Positions 24,511 to 38,574 are shown, counted from the first letter of the whole stretch. The stretch: DNA of 63,608 bases, filler included, from Octopus bimaculoides (GCF_001194135.2; 6 parts of 6 records of this genome joined end to end with filler, not necessarily neighbours in it); one strand, 5' to 3'. Notes: generated by a model not told the origin, from the letters alone. Translations and numbers: made by a program.

Positions 24511-25989
24511 AAATATTTTAGTTAGGAAGGAAGGCGTGGCCCAAGACCTTTTGCAACCTTCAGAGATTGGGGGTGGGGTTTGGGTAAGTTATCCTCAAAG
24601 TAGAAATCTAACCCTCTAACGCATGCCAGAAAACAACTCCGCCAAGGACCCCTATTACACCTGGTGGTAGTGTTAAATCAGAAGATAAATTAAATATACT
24701 ATCTAAATGAGCCGTTGTTGGATTTGAATGCAAATAGCCGGAACATATTGTGTTCCGCCAACCCGTCGCCATGGATTGGTACTCGTTTATAGATCACAGA
24801 ATGCTGAAAGGCGAAACTTAACTCGTTAATCTAATAAACATGAACCAACAATTCTCTTAAGTAGTTGTTTGATTTGTTAGAAATAGTAGCTACATCGCTC
24901 TCTCAACTCATGAACTGGTGTTGGATGACGTAGTCAAGCAAAACCCTAGGAGTAGCACAAGGTTATGCCTGAAATGATTGTGAACAGGGTTCGCCAGGAG
25001 TGAAACGGTGACGACCCATATATATATATTTATTTATATTTATATTTATATACTGTAAATGATAACCTATATCATTTATCGTCACCCTGTAAATTTATAC
25101 ACGCACAACACACGCAGAGACTCATGCAAACGTACACAAAGACACACACAAACAAATAAACAGACAGACACATAGGCGCACACGTATACACACAAACAAA
25201 CAAGCAAAGACACACACACACTTATGTAATCTTCTCAACTGACTTCTCGCTTCAAACCTTACTGAGTGATTTAATTGCATATGTACACCCGCTCACATAT
25301 CTATTACTATCACTATATCTCCCGCTCTCACTCACTCTATTTTTCTCCCCCTCTCTTTCTATTTTCCGCTCACTCACTCTTTCTCTCTCTCTCACTATTA
25401 CATACATACATACAAATATGGTGTGTCTAAAATTCTTGACTTTTCTAAAAGAAAAACAAAAATGACAGTAAACAAGTCCTGTTTCGTGGAAATCACATCA
25501 TTACTTGTATTCAGAGATTCAAAAAAAAAAAATATACAATTTCTGTTTATTCAGAACTAAAATTTAATAATCAATGTTTGTGCCATGATTTTCCTGAATT
25601 TTTGAGGATTTTATTTTAGAATCCTTTTACGCATAATGTCACCACCCGTTTTCAATAATGCACGATCTAATTTGTACCATTTTTACACGAATTTTTGCAA
25701 ATAAAGAGATTATTTGCTTTTACAATTTCTTGTATTCAGCTTTTGACTTCACGATTTACAACAAATTTTCTATAGGGTTCTTGCCTGAAGAGTGTTCCGC
25801 CCGCCTCCATTCCGCCCCTCAATCTCAATTTCCTGATCATGTAAAAATTTATTGTCTCATTTGACAGAACTGAGAAGGAATAATTCCATGTCGCTATCTA
25901 CGAAATTAAGTTCACCAACATACCGTGTAAAGAAAAGAAAAGAAAAGAAATAAAAGGTGTTTTTTCCTCATGTTGATGTCAATGTGTTT

Positions 25990-26000
25990 ATTGCTGTTGC

Positions 26001-26043
<43 letters not shown>

Positions 26044-26110
26044 CTTGTTGTTGTTGTTGTTGTTGTTGTTTAAGTTCAAGTCAGCCTTGATCGAGTAGAA
26101 ACACAATGAA
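25990..26110 (-). repeat. (GTT)n tract, probably the (CAA)n tail of a family E copy
   Basis: GTT array joins tttaagttcaagtcagccttgatcgagtag, the reverse of the family E 3' end. Confidence 0.6.
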
Positions 26111-27044
26111 AAGCATACCTGATGTGAACGTTTTCTTTCTAATTTTATTACAGAAATAGTGTACTCGGAGTAAACAAGGTCATTATAAAGTATTTGCAGA
26201 ATGTTAAATTTTAAGTTTTAAATTGTATCATATTAGCTTTATTCATGATCGAATAAATCTGTAAAATGTAGTTAGAAATCTGATTGTCAATTTTATAAGC
26301 AGTTGTCGAACAAAAATATGCTCCGTGTCGTTAATTAATTTACAAAAAAAAACAAAAAAAACAAGATTACATAATTAGTCCATCATTATTTCATGGAGAC
26401 ATATAATTGTTTCTAATACAGGCAGATGGATTGATGGATTGGCAGAAGGGCTAGTCGATACGTTCGACCTCAGTATTAGACTGGTATTTTTGTTTATCGT
26501 CCTCAGAAGGATGAAAGGATAATCTGCTGGAGATATACTGCATCTGATGTAGAGATGAGCCTCTAAGAAGTTTAACTACAAACCCTGGTAAAGGCAAGTT
26601 GTCAGAAGTTCTTGATGTCTACGGCACGTGAGATAGTTATAGATAAGGAAAAACGATCGACTGTTGTGTGGGGAAACATTTGTAGTTTAAAATTTTTTTA
26701 GATGTGATCTATAATAAGACTTGTTCATTATGTCCCTATTGGGAAACATTTTCAACTCCTTGTAACATGCGAGCGATAGATGTTGTTATGGGATGTCTAG
26801 CTTTACGACTGAGTATTAAAACTTAACGATGTTCGAAGGTTCATACTGATACGTGCAGATCTGCATCTTTTGTGTTATGCATGTATCCTCATGCATATAG
26901 TTGCATGTATGTATATACGTATGTATGTGCGTATGTAAAAATGTATTTATTTATGCATGTAAGTACATGCGTGTATGTATATTTGTATAATTGTGTTTGT
27001 GTGTGTGTGTATGTGTTTGTGTGTATGTGTTTGTGTGTGTGTAT

Positions 27045-27117
<73 letters not shown>

Positions 27118-29462
27118 TGGAAACCTTAGAAGGACAGAGTCTTTTCGTCGTGAATTTTGAGACGACGAAATTTCAGACCAGCAACCTTATTTGCTATGAA
27201 ATGATCAGTCAAAGAGTTTGAATGTTCGGTTATTGTATATTGTATATTGTATTTTGGTTGGTAACACTATCTCGCTTTTTGATTACATAACAAGGGGATC
27301 TGGCGATAAATGTGTTCTTGAAAGTAGGGATAGTCGGGGAGAAAGAGCAGAGGTTGAAAACAAACAAAAGGCAGCTAATCGAGGAGCTCGTTGGAGGATC
27401 TAGCAATATTAGTAGATATTCTTTTGGAAGGGAATCAGAAACTTGGTTATTATTTTCAAGGTGAAAGTGCATGCCCCATACAGGAGCTATGCAGTAAGCT
27501 TTTATTTTCTTAATGTCAATGTTTCGTTGCAGAAATGGGGCAACACCTTCGAATTCATGACAGAAAAAAAAATTCGAAATTGTTACAACAATGTTTTTTG
27601 CCAGTGCAAGTGTAGCGCAGGTTCAAACCAAACCAATGAAAGGGCTTTGAACAGAATTGTGGTTTTTGTCCTGAATATGGTATATTAGAGATCCTGTCCT
27701 TCGTTTTCCTTGGAAACTCACATAGGTTTGGGGTGAAGTACATTATTTTAAAGGATTACCAATGTAGAATTGACATAATTATCTCTAATTAGGTATGAGT
27801 GGGTTAAAAAGACAGAGAGTCAGTATTGTGAGATGGATTGATAGAGAATGGAATGCTTTGATTAAGCATTTCAAGTAATTTCGATTCTACAGAACACAGG
27901 GAAAAGTTGAGTTTCGTGATGAGAATCGGTGTGTGAGAAAAAGGAAATATGTTGATTCATTCGACAAGGTGGTCCTGTTTCTTTGAATGACATCTTCATT
28001 TCAGTAAATGATTCCATGAGGCCGAACCCAACCAAAACTCCTGAATACTTTCAACCAATTTCTGATGTTGTTTTAGGATATATTTCCATTGCATGTAACA
28101 GAAGTCTTTGGCAAGAAAGAGACGATAAACTTCATGTCATTACACATTAGTTTGTGTGTCTTCTCCAATTTCTTTAAACTTAAAACTTTTTTAACTTTCA
28201 GCTGGAGACCGTTTTTAGTGTTTCTGGCCACTTAATTTCTTCCTTTAATACTGCTTGATGTAATGCCTAAATTTCTTATTTTCACCGTTTTTTTTTAAAA
28301 TTTCCATTTATTTATTGCCTGAAGCTACAACATTCCCTATGAGCTGCAAAAGAAGAATCCTGCTGCTCTGATACTGGCAAATATTTAACTTGGAGCCAAC
28401 AGAGAAAAATAGATAGAGCCGCAAGAGAAAAACAGATATAAATCTTGTACTATCTGATTACGTTTTAAAACATAAGTTAAATCATTTCTTAATGGAAATG
28501 AGGTATCACTGGAATCTTACCAAATATCTAAGTAAGAGAAGAAAATATTGAAGTGAAAACAGAATGAGATTAAAGAAATGAAATCAAAATAGAAAAAAAA
28601 TGTCATGATTGAAACCTCACAAAATAGGATGTATAATTAAAACAAAAGCAAAGAGAAAAAAATCACCATCATGGTAATTAGGCTCTGAGAAGAAAAAAAA
28701 ATTCGGTTCTTACAGAGACATCTAAAAAAAGAAATTCTTTTAAAGAAGTTAATAATAACGTTTATTTTAATTTTTGTTATTGTGTGTTTAACCCCAGATC
28801 GGTTCTAAATGAGAAAGCCATAATAGTGGTCTTAATAGCGATTGATCCACCCCAGTATATTCAGGGTATCTACGCAAGTATATTATTGAATGTGTCCATC
28901 ATCTTTTGTGAAAGACGGTATGGTATGATTTGAAGAATATCTGAATTTGTTTATTATTCCAAGCCCCGAGGCTTCTCCAATTATGGTTTGCGTTATTCAC
29001 AAATATATCGGAAACATTTTGTCATAGATGATTTCTTTTTTATACGCGAACAGCGACAAATATGACAAATGGAATAGTAAGTTAATGTAATATGAGTTAA
29101 ATCTCCCTTCAATCAAAACCGGAATTTAAACAAGGAGATATTGGGTAACGTCGTCTTAGGTGTACATGAAACATAAGGAACAAATGAAACATGATGGTCA
29201 CGGCTGGAATGGCAGCATTTACAGGCTTGCTTCGTCAGCATTTATTTGAGTATAAAACAATGAATGGACTGCTTGGACATAAACAGGTCTATTTTTGTAA
29301 TTCAAAAGAAAGAGAAACAGCCAAACGAATTAGCTTAACCTTCAATTTTCCACGTTTAATGTATTCAGATATTGAAATAATAGAGTGTATATATGTATGT
29401 ATATACATACATACATACATACATACATACAAACATGCATACATACATACATATATACATAC

Positions 29463-29495
<33 letters not shown>

Positions 29496-29791
29496 NNNNN
29501 NNNNNNNNNNNNNNNNNNNNNNNNNNNNNNNNNNNNNNNNNNNNNNNNNNNNNNNNNNNNNNNNNNNNNNNNNNNNNNNNNNNNNNNNNNNNNNNNNNNN
29601 NNNNNNNNNNNNNNNNNNNNNNNNNNNNNNNNNNNNNNNNNNNNNNNNNNNNNNNNNNNNNNNNNNNNNNNNNNNNNNNNNNNNNNNNNNNNNNNNNNNN
29701 NNNNNNNNNNNNNNNNNNNNNNNNNNNNNNNNNNNNNNNNNNNNNNNNNNNNNNNNNNNNNNNNNNNNNNNNNNNNNNNNNNNNNNNNNNN

Positions 29792-29841
<50 letters not shown>

Positions 29842-29943
29842 AATATAAATATAAAAAGTTTAAAATTTTTTAATTTAAGAGAGGTATTTAACGCTATATA
29901 TTGGTAACGATTACATAGTTTTCTATGAAAAATTATATATATG

Positions 29944-29975
<32 letters not shown>

Positions 29976-30120
29976 TGTATATACATATATATATAATATT
30001 TATAATATATATAATATATATATATATATGCGTGTATATATATATTTTATGTTCACACACCTATATACATACATATACACAAACATCTATATACGTATGT
30101 ACATGCATGCATACACGTCA

Positions 30121-30153
<33 letters not shown>

Positions 30154-30849
30154 CCGTAAACATATACACATAGACAGATACACATACATACACACATACA
30201 TGCATGCATGCATGCATACATACATACATACATACATGCATACATACATACATACATATATACCGATATACATTCACACATGAGGCCGGATATTGTTTGA
30301 GACAGACAAGAAGTATACACCGCCATAGAGATCAGCTATCATGCTGATGTTAATGTCTCTTTGAAAATCAAAGAGGTAGACGATAGTTATGGGCATGGTT
30401 TCAAAGCCGCTACTTTGTGTATCCTAATTAGAAATTCACATTTATACCAATATTAATTGGTGCATTTGGTTTTGTTAGTAAATGACTAAGTGACAATCAG
30501 GTTAAGCTAGGATTTTCAGAGAAAGAAATCAACCAAGTAACTCACACGTTACAAATACAGTTTGTAAGTGGAACAGTAAAAATATTGAAGACTTGTCTCA
30601 TTTAAAATGCGACATTGTTTGCTTTATCTAAATTCTAACGATGGAGCTTGGTATATCTGTTAGAAACCAGCTCCTACTTCAGAAAAAAGAATTTAAATGA
30701 TTAAAAAACAGAAGAAAACAGACATATATATGTTGGAAGTGAAAGAGAAACTGTAGATTTCTTTTATACCAATATCCAAACGTTTTAAACGTGGAAGTTT
30801 GAAGATTGAGATGTATCGTTTGCGTATTTCTTTTGTATCAAACACACAC

Positions 30850-30885
<36 letters not shown>

Positions 30886-30900
30886 ACACACACACACGTG

Positions 30901-31000
30901 NNNNNNNNNNNNNNNNNNNNNNNNNNNNNNNNNNNNNNNNNNNNTTAATTAATTAANNNNNNNNNNNNNNNNNNNNNNNNNNNNNNNNNNNNNNNNNNNN
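30901..31000. other. Artificial scaffold spacer (44N-TTAATTAATTAA-44N)
   Basis: Identical 100-bp construct occurs five times; the 12-mer gives stops in all six frames. Confidence 0.97.
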
Positions 31001-31090
<90 letters not shown>

Positions 31091-32106
31091 TTTCGAGCAC
31101 AATCGCATACACGGACTCATGTCTTCTTGTCTGTCGTTTTGTCTGTCTCTATGTATGTATGTACGTATTCATACGCGTATGTAAAAAACACGAGAGCATG
31201 CAGTTTGCGTATTTGCGAAGGAATGAGAGAAAGTTTGAGCTTGAAAGGGAAGAAATAACAGTGAGCGAAGCGAGATGGTTCTATATATTTTCCCTTGCTC
31301 AATGACCGACCGCACTTAAGCTATACATATGTTTACGTTGGAGCATGCGTATACAAACATAGTATGTAATGCGCGTATTACATGTGCGCCTGCATAGGAA
31401 GAAATATGTGCGCGAGTTCCCGTCCATTCAGCCATCCATCCGTCCCTCTGTCCATTCATTCATTCTTCTATCTATCTGCCTATCTATCTATCTATCTATC
31501 TTTCTATCTATCTATCTATCTATCTATCAATCTATCTATCTATCTGCCTGCCTGCCTGTCTTTCGGTCTCATTTCGTCTCTCTCTTTCTCTCTTTCTCTC
31601 CCTTCCTCCCTTTTTTCTCTCTCTCTCCTTCTCTCACTCTCTCTCTTCATAATACAATACATACAAACACAACACACACACACACACACATACATACACA
31701 CATACATACATACATATATGTGTACGTACGTACGTGCATACATACATACATACATACATACATACATACATACATAGATTCATGTATACATACATACATA
31801 CATACGTGCGTACGTATATTCATACAAATGGGCATACATACGTACATACATACATACATACATAATATATACATAGGGGAGAATATACAAAAAATAACAA
31901 CAGACGAGGACAGGTGGTGTAAATAACAAAAGTATATATTAGTATGACGCTCGAGAATACGGAAAGTCTTTGACGTTTCGAGCTACGCTCTTCAACAGAA
32001 AGAATACGGAGACAAGGAGAAAAACACGGAGAAAAAAAATTGAATAGTGTTCAGTCAACGGTCAATCATAATAATATATACATACATACATACACACATA
32101 CATACA

Positions 32107-32140
<34 letters not shown>

Positions 32141-32201
32141 CATATTTGTTCCTGTGTCTTTTAAAGGCACAGTACGTAGGGGTTTCATTTATAGTCTAAA
32201 G

Positions 32202-32366
32202 CTGTGGTCCCCAACTTTTTCACTGCGAAGGACCTCTATTATTTAAATGAGCATTCCCACTGACCCCAGAATATTGACAGGTTTCTCAACTTAACATGTT
32301 CTCGGACCTCCAGTACTACATTTGCGGACCACCAGGGGTCCGCGGACCACAGGTCGGGAACCACTA
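32202..32366. mobile_element. hAT (Charlie-like) MITE, 165 bp, with 8-bp TSD
   Basis: Ends ctgtggtccccaac / gtcgggaaccacta (degenerate CAGTGGTTCCCAAC TIR); flanks gtctaaag (32194-32201) and gtctaatg (32367-32374), 7/8 identical. Confidence 0.85.
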
Positions 32367-32393
32367 GTCTAATGTATGCTTTGTGTGTGAGAT

Positions 32394-32443
<50 letters not shown>

Positions 32444-32907
32444 TGTGTGTGTGCGTGTGTTGAGAATCAGGCAAAAAACAAAAGAAACAAAATGATAAAT
32501 ATATGTATAAATGCGTGGGATCTGCATGTGATATTCCGGCATGTAATGTGAATGACTGTAAATATGTGTGTGTTTGTTGGTGTGTATATGTACTTGAGTG
32601 TGTTTGAGAGATAGAAAGAAAAAGACAGGAAGAATGAAGGAAGAAAGGATAGAAGGAAGGAAGAGCGAGAAAAAGAGAGAACGGTAGAAGAAGTGAAAGA
32701 ATGGTAAAGAGGGAGGTTCGGGAGAGTCTGTGTATGCAAATTTATGCAAATAAGCCGGTTTAGAGTGCACCAACCAGCTGCTAATTGTGTGTTTGTTGTA
32801 TGTAAAGAAGAAAATCCCTTTTGGCTGGCTGTTAAGTAAGTAAAAGCACATTTACACACACACACACACACACACGCACGCACACACATTCACATTCACA
32901 TGCACGC

Positions 32908-32942
<35 letters not shown>

Positions 32943-33532
32943 CATTAACATGCAGGCACACACATGCACGCTCACACATTTACACGTTTACGTTGTTTAT
33001 AGAGGACAGGAGACAAAGTTCTCAATACGCGGATGAGCGTGTTCTTGTTTGCCTGTTTTTTGTTTTTGTAGCTCACACTTTACGCACGCCTGTTGGGTCA
33101 CATTTGTATTTGTGTATGTATATGGATGAGTGTAAATGTGTGTGTGTGTGTGTGTGTGTATATACTGTATATACATGTGTGTGTGTGTGTGTGTGTGTAT
33201 ACTGTATATACATGTGTGTGTGTGTGTGTCTGTAGGCGTAAGTGCTCAACGCAGGCGATGAATAATACAGTGTGTTCCATAAATAGTGCATCATTTAAGC
33301 ATGAATTATATACCGAACGTCTATAGCTATTTGGGACACATGGAACACGTATGTCTCCCGAGTATACGTGCATGTATCGGTATCTCTATGTATCTATATG
33401 TGTGGATGTACGAGCGTGTGTGAGTGTGTGCGTGTTTCCGTGTTTGTGTGCGTGTGTGTGCGAGTATGTGTGCGCATACGAGTGCGTGCACATACGAGAA
33501 ACTCATACACACACACACACACATATTTTATT

Positions 33533-33604
33533 TGTGTGTGTCAGCGCTTGTGTGTGTCAGCGCTTGTGTGTGTCAGCGCTTGTGTGTGTCAGCGCTTGTG
33601 TGTG
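33533..33604. repeat. 16-bp minisatellite (tgtgtgtgtcagcgct) x 4
   Basis: Directly visible. Confidence 0.9.
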
Positions 33605-33643
33605 TATACGCACACATATATACATATATATATATATATACAC

Positions 33644-33987
33644 ACTGCGTCTATGCTGGAGCATCGCCTTTAGTCGAGCAAATCGACCCCAGGACTTTTT
33701 CTTTGTAAGCCTAGTACTCATTCTATCGGTCTCTTTTGCCGAACCGCTAGGTTACGGGGAAGTAAACATACCAGCATCGGTTGCCAAGCAATGTAGGGGG
33801 TGACAAACAGACACACACACACTCACACACATATATATATATATACATGACGAGCTTCTTTCAGTCTCCGTCTACCACATACACTCACAAGGCTTTGGTT
33901 GGCCCGAGGCTATAGTAGAAGGCACTTGCCCAAGAAGCCACGCAGTAGGACTGAACCCGGAACCATGTGATTGGTAAGCAAGCTACA
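33644..33987 (-). mobile_element. SINE family A, well-preserved near-full copy
   Basis: Both halves intact around a short (CA)/(TA) tract at ~33805-33848. Confidence 0.92.
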
Positions 33988-34097
33988 TATTTTACAAACG
34001 TGCACATACATATGTAAGTATATACATATATGTGTATATGTAATGTATATATGCTATTCGTGTGAGTGTGTGTTTTAAGCTTGAGCATGTAAATGAC

Positions 34098-34168
<71 letters not shown>

Positions 34169-34860
34169 AGAGAGCGAGAGAATGAACGAAAGACAAAATA
34201 TAAGCGTCAATCTATGGAGATAAATGTGAGTTAGAAATGATAGTCACTTCTCCCTCAAATTATAGGGTACGTCGATAACACATTGGTTAACCAAGGGTCA
34301 GCTCGATTAGGCCTTACCGTGGGCTGTACTCTCAAGAATAAGAGCAGATGTGACTTGTATTGTTTAATATGTCCCGCGTCTCTCTTCTGGTTATCGTTGA
34401 GGTTAATGCACTCACCCACACAAACCCACTCACACAAACCCACCCACCCTCATACAAACACGCACGCACACACACACACACACACACATGCACACACACA
34501 CACTCACGAAGAAAGAAATAAAGAAACACACACACTACATACTTCAAATTGTACCCTAAGTAAAACCCATATCTAATCGTTAGTAGCTCTTACCGCCGTA
34601 GGTATCATTTAAGGTAGATTTTACCGATACTTCAGTAAAGGGGACTCAGAAGGCCCATAGCTCTATAGCCCCATGACACCCTTGGATAGGGAGCTATTTC
34701 GTTAAATTTCAATGTGAGTTGGTACCCACTTCTTCGTTACAGCTCCCCCCCCCTCACACACACACGCACACACTTGGCCTATGATCACGTAGCTAAGGGG
34801 CTGCTGCCATCTAATAGTTGAACTCCCCACGACGAATCTCAATGGAACACTTATTCAATG

Positions 34861-35105
34861 CCAATGCTGCTTCGAGCCTCTACATTACAGCCACGCTCAG
34901 CTAGTTAGAAACGGCAGCCGAACCTCTCTCAAAACACACTTCGCTGTCGTAAAAAATGCAAGGTCATGGTGAATTATATGGCCCTAGGTTCCACTACGAA
35001 CAGTAATAAGTTAAGACGGTCAAGACTGGAACGTCTTACATGCCAAAAGGTAGCATGGAACTACACAACAACAACAACAACAACAACAACAGCAGCAGCA
35101 GCTGC
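34861..35105 (+). mobile_element. Repeat family E (SINE-like) with (CAA)/(CAG) tail
   Basis: gagcctctac...gttagaaacggcagccgaacctctctcaaaacacac... ending in caacaacaac. Confidence 0.6.
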
Positions 35106-35113
35106 AGTAGCTA

Positions 35114-35200
35114 TTGTTGTTGTTCTTCGTGTTGTTCAATCCTAGGTAAGTCTTGATTAAGCAGACTTATGGTCATTCCTGCTGGAACCGGATTTTGATG
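35114..35200 (-). mobile_element. Repeat family E, 3' end, tail-to-tail with the previous copy
   Basis: gttgttcaatcctaggtaagtcttgattaagcagacttatggtc resembles 53521-53575. Confidence 0.55.
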
Positions 35201-35201
35201 G

Positions 35202-35286
35202 TTGTACGTTGTTGTTGTTGTTGTTATTGTTGTTGTTGTTGACGATGTCAGTGTTGATGATGACGACAACGACGACGACGATGATA

Positions 35287-35346
<60 letters not shown>

Positions 35347-35545
35347 GTGATTGTTGCGGTGAGATAGTGGTGGGGAATAGTGGTCGTGATGATGTTGATA
35401 GTGGTTGTGGTGATGATAACAGTGATAGCGAAGGTGGTGATAGTGGCGGTGGAGGCGATGGTGGTGGTTGTGGTGGCGATGTTCATGTCTATGACGATCA
35501 CGGCGACGATGACGATGCTGACAACGACTGCCTCGACGACGATTA
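35202..35545. repeat. Compound (GTT)/(GAT)/(GGT) trinucleotide field
   Basis: Directly visible. Confidence 0.95.
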
Positions 35546-35632
35546 ATCCCCATTATTAGCCTGGATCATGCAGGATTAATGAACGAAAATATTCCTGCGC
35601 TATCCGTTTCTTCATTCTGCTTCCTTTCGCTT

Positions 35633-36020
35633 GCTTCAATCATTGGACTACAGCCATTCTCGAGCATCACCTCGATGGATTGAGTCAGGCAAATCGATTG
35701 CAGCACTTATTTTCAATCTGGTACTTTTTCTATCGATCGTTTTTGCTGAACCGTCGATTTACGCGGACATAAACAAAGCAACACCACTTGTCAAGCGATG
35801 TAGTGGGGACAAACAGCAAAGACACAGACAGGCAGATAGACAGACACATACACAAGCATATGTATATATACGATGGGCTTTCATACAGTTTCCATCTTCC
35901 AAATTCACCTACAATTGGCCCAGGGTTACAGTAGAAGACTCTTGTCCGCGATGCCATGCAAGGGGACTGAACCTAAAACCACGTGGTGGCAAGGCGAACA
36001 GCTTCTTAACCACACAGCCA
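35633..36020 (-). mobile_element. SINE family A, full-length diverged copy
   Basis: cttcaatcattggactacagccat...gtcaagcgatg...ggggactgaacctaaaaccacgtggtggcaag...aaccacacagcc. Confidence 0.85.
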
Positions 36021-36257
36021 TGCTTGTGTCTTAGATTTCTTCAAGACGGCAGGGTGTGGCTTGACAGAATTCTATTGCTTCATGAGGGCGACCGTCCTCA
36101 AGTTTCCACCGTCCGACTGACTGACTCAAGGAGCTTTCGGATCTCAAATGGGTTTTGAAACCGTCATTGGACCCGCTTTGTGTCCAGTTCAAAGCGGTGA
36201 AATAGCACTAGGTGGGAAGAAGAAATGCCTTGCACATCACGAATCCTGCTAGCAAAA

Positions 36258-36409
36258 TGTGTGGTAAGTAGTTTACTTACCAGCCACATGGTTCCGGGTT
36301 CAGTCCCACTGCGTGGCCATCTTGGGCAAGTGTCTTCTATTATAGCCTCGGGCCGACCAAAGCCTTGTGAGTGGATTTGGTAGACGGAAACTGAAAGAAG
36401 CCCATCGTA

Positions 36410-36448
<39 letters not shown>

Positions 36449-37210
36449 NNNNNNNNNNNNNNNNNNNNNNNNNNNNNNNNNNNNNNNNNNNNNNNNNNNN
36501 NNNNNNNNNNNNNNNNNNNNNNNNNNNNNNNNNNNNNNNNNNNNNNNNNNNNNNNNNNNNNNNNNNNNNNNNNNNNNNNNNNNNNNNNNNNNNNNNNNNN
36601 NNNNNNNNNNNNNNNNNNNNNNNNNNNNNNNNNNNNNNNNNNNNNNNNNNNNNNNNNNNNNNNNNNNNNNNNNNNNNNNNNNNNNNNNNNNNNNNNNNNN
36701 NNNNNNNNNNNNNNNNNNNNNNNNNNNNNNNNNNNNNNNNNNNNNNNNNNNNNNNNNNNNNNNNNNNNNNNNNNNNNNNNNNNNNNNNNNNNNNNNNNNN
36801 NNNNNNNNNNNNNNNNNNNNNNNNNNNNNNNNNNNNNNNNNNNTATATATATATATATAAGTTCAGTTATATACTCTTTTAGAATATTACTAATAAAAGT
36901 TATATGTATATAAACATACACACGCATGCACGTGCACACACAAGCAAGCACATGAATGCAAAGCAAGGTGAATTCATCACAACCGTCCGACGAGTGGGAA
37001 CGTGAAACTCTGAGTAACAGTTTTGTAGAGATTTTTGCATCTTTAATAAAAGTATGTGTGTGTATATATATATATACACAAACACACACTCGCGCGCGCG
37101 CGCACACACATATATATATATATACATATACATATACATATGCATATACATATATGCACACGGCGGTGCCCCAGCATGGCTGCAGCTCTCAAGCTGAAAC
37201 TAAAAGGAAA
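36258..37210 (+). mobile_element. SINE family A: 5' half, expanded internal microsatellite/gap, probable 3' end
   Basis: Near-consensus 5' half at 36258-36410; 3' end ggcggtgccccagcatggctgcag at ~37162-37210. Membership of one element is inferred. Confidence 0.7.
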
Positions 37211-37217
37211 AGACATG

Positions 37218-37249
<32 letters not shown>

Positions 37250-37620
37250 AAGAAAGGAAATTAAAAAATGCTATAGATGCCTAAGCATTTTAGTGGACTG
37301 GGTACTGTATAAGATGTGTGGTACTAGATAACACTATCCAAACAGATGGAGACACGTTGAGAGTAAATTAATGACAAACTAAGAGAGAGGGGGGATGGGA
37401 GGGAGAGGGAGGAATGAGGGGGGTGTACGTGTGAGAAAGAGTATTGGAGAAGAAATTGAGATAGGGAGAATGTGTTTAAGTGAATGAGAGAGAGGTTGAA
37501 AGAGTCTGCTTATCGTTTACACACACACACACACACACTCACTGACACGCACACACACACATACTCACACACACCCACACAAACATACAGGCACACACAC
37601 ATACAGGCACACACTCACTG

Positions 37621-37653
<33 letters not shown>

Positions 37654-38099
37654 TACGCAAAGATACACATATATTGTTATTAAATAAGAGAAAAAGTGTG
37701 GAAAAAACGCGGTTGTGAACAGATATGTTATACATAAATACATATATACATACATACATACATACATACATACATACATGCATGCATACATACATACATA
37801 CATACATACATACATAATACAGACAGACATACATACATACATACATACTGACATACATATATACATACATAAATACATACACCACACACACACATATATA
37901 GCGAGAAAAAGAGAAAAACAGAGAGGTCGGAGTACAACGTGCGACTGCAAACGAAATGGTCCTGCAGTGAATTGAAACTGAGACCGTTGGGTACCATAAC
38001 AACAGTCTAGAGTGTAGTGTGTGTCTTAGACGCAACCGAGCGCTAGAAGTAACAGCCAAACTGCTGGATTAGGATTGACAAAATAATGATTATTGATCG

Positions 38100-38271
38100 T
38101 TAAAATGTTAGAGAAATACTCTGTTTATCACATCCCAACGTTTTGTAAAAAGTTAAGGGGTCGATACTTGGACAAAGGAACAGGATGGCTCCACTTGGAA
38201 CGCTTTTGATCATAGGTGTTCCCGTTAAGGCATTACCTGGTGCTAAACAACAACAACAACAACAACAACAA
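38100..38271 (+). mobile_element. Repeat family E with (CAA)n tail
   Basis: ggatggctccacttggaacgcttttgatcataggt...cctggtgctaaacaacaacaac. Confidence 0.6.
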
Positions 38272-38574
38272 TGATACAATAATAACAACATAACGGATCA
38301 GCCTGTCTGAAAACCCACAATGTGATCTTAAAAGAACGACGCATTGGAAATTATAATAAGGGGTCGAATACACAAGGGTTGGTCATGGCAGGAACGCTGT
38401 TGAATATAGTTTGTCTTTTTTTTTTATATTTCACTGAAGACGGCAGATCGACGACATCAACGATGATCACAATAACAACAACAGCAACAAAAGCAGAGAC
38501 GGGCTTACATGAGATAACTGAAAAATGTTTGTGCCATATACCGCACAATTACGGGCACATACGCTTTTTCGCTT

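Noticed and set aside
25417-25700. Tc1/mariner-like terminus (tatggtgtgtctaaaattc)
   Set aside because: Only loose resemblance; no second TIR or transposase remnant found
27461-27743. 33-nt exon candidate with good splice sites, and a faint C2H2-linker-like frame on the minus strand
   Set aside because: The implied next intron is only 39 nt, and the zinc-finger spacing and His/Cys residues do not fit
33533-33604. CRISPR-like array (also considered for the tandem SINE C arrays and the 8822 minisatellite)
   Set aside because: No unique spacers of regular length, no cas genes, eukaryotic context
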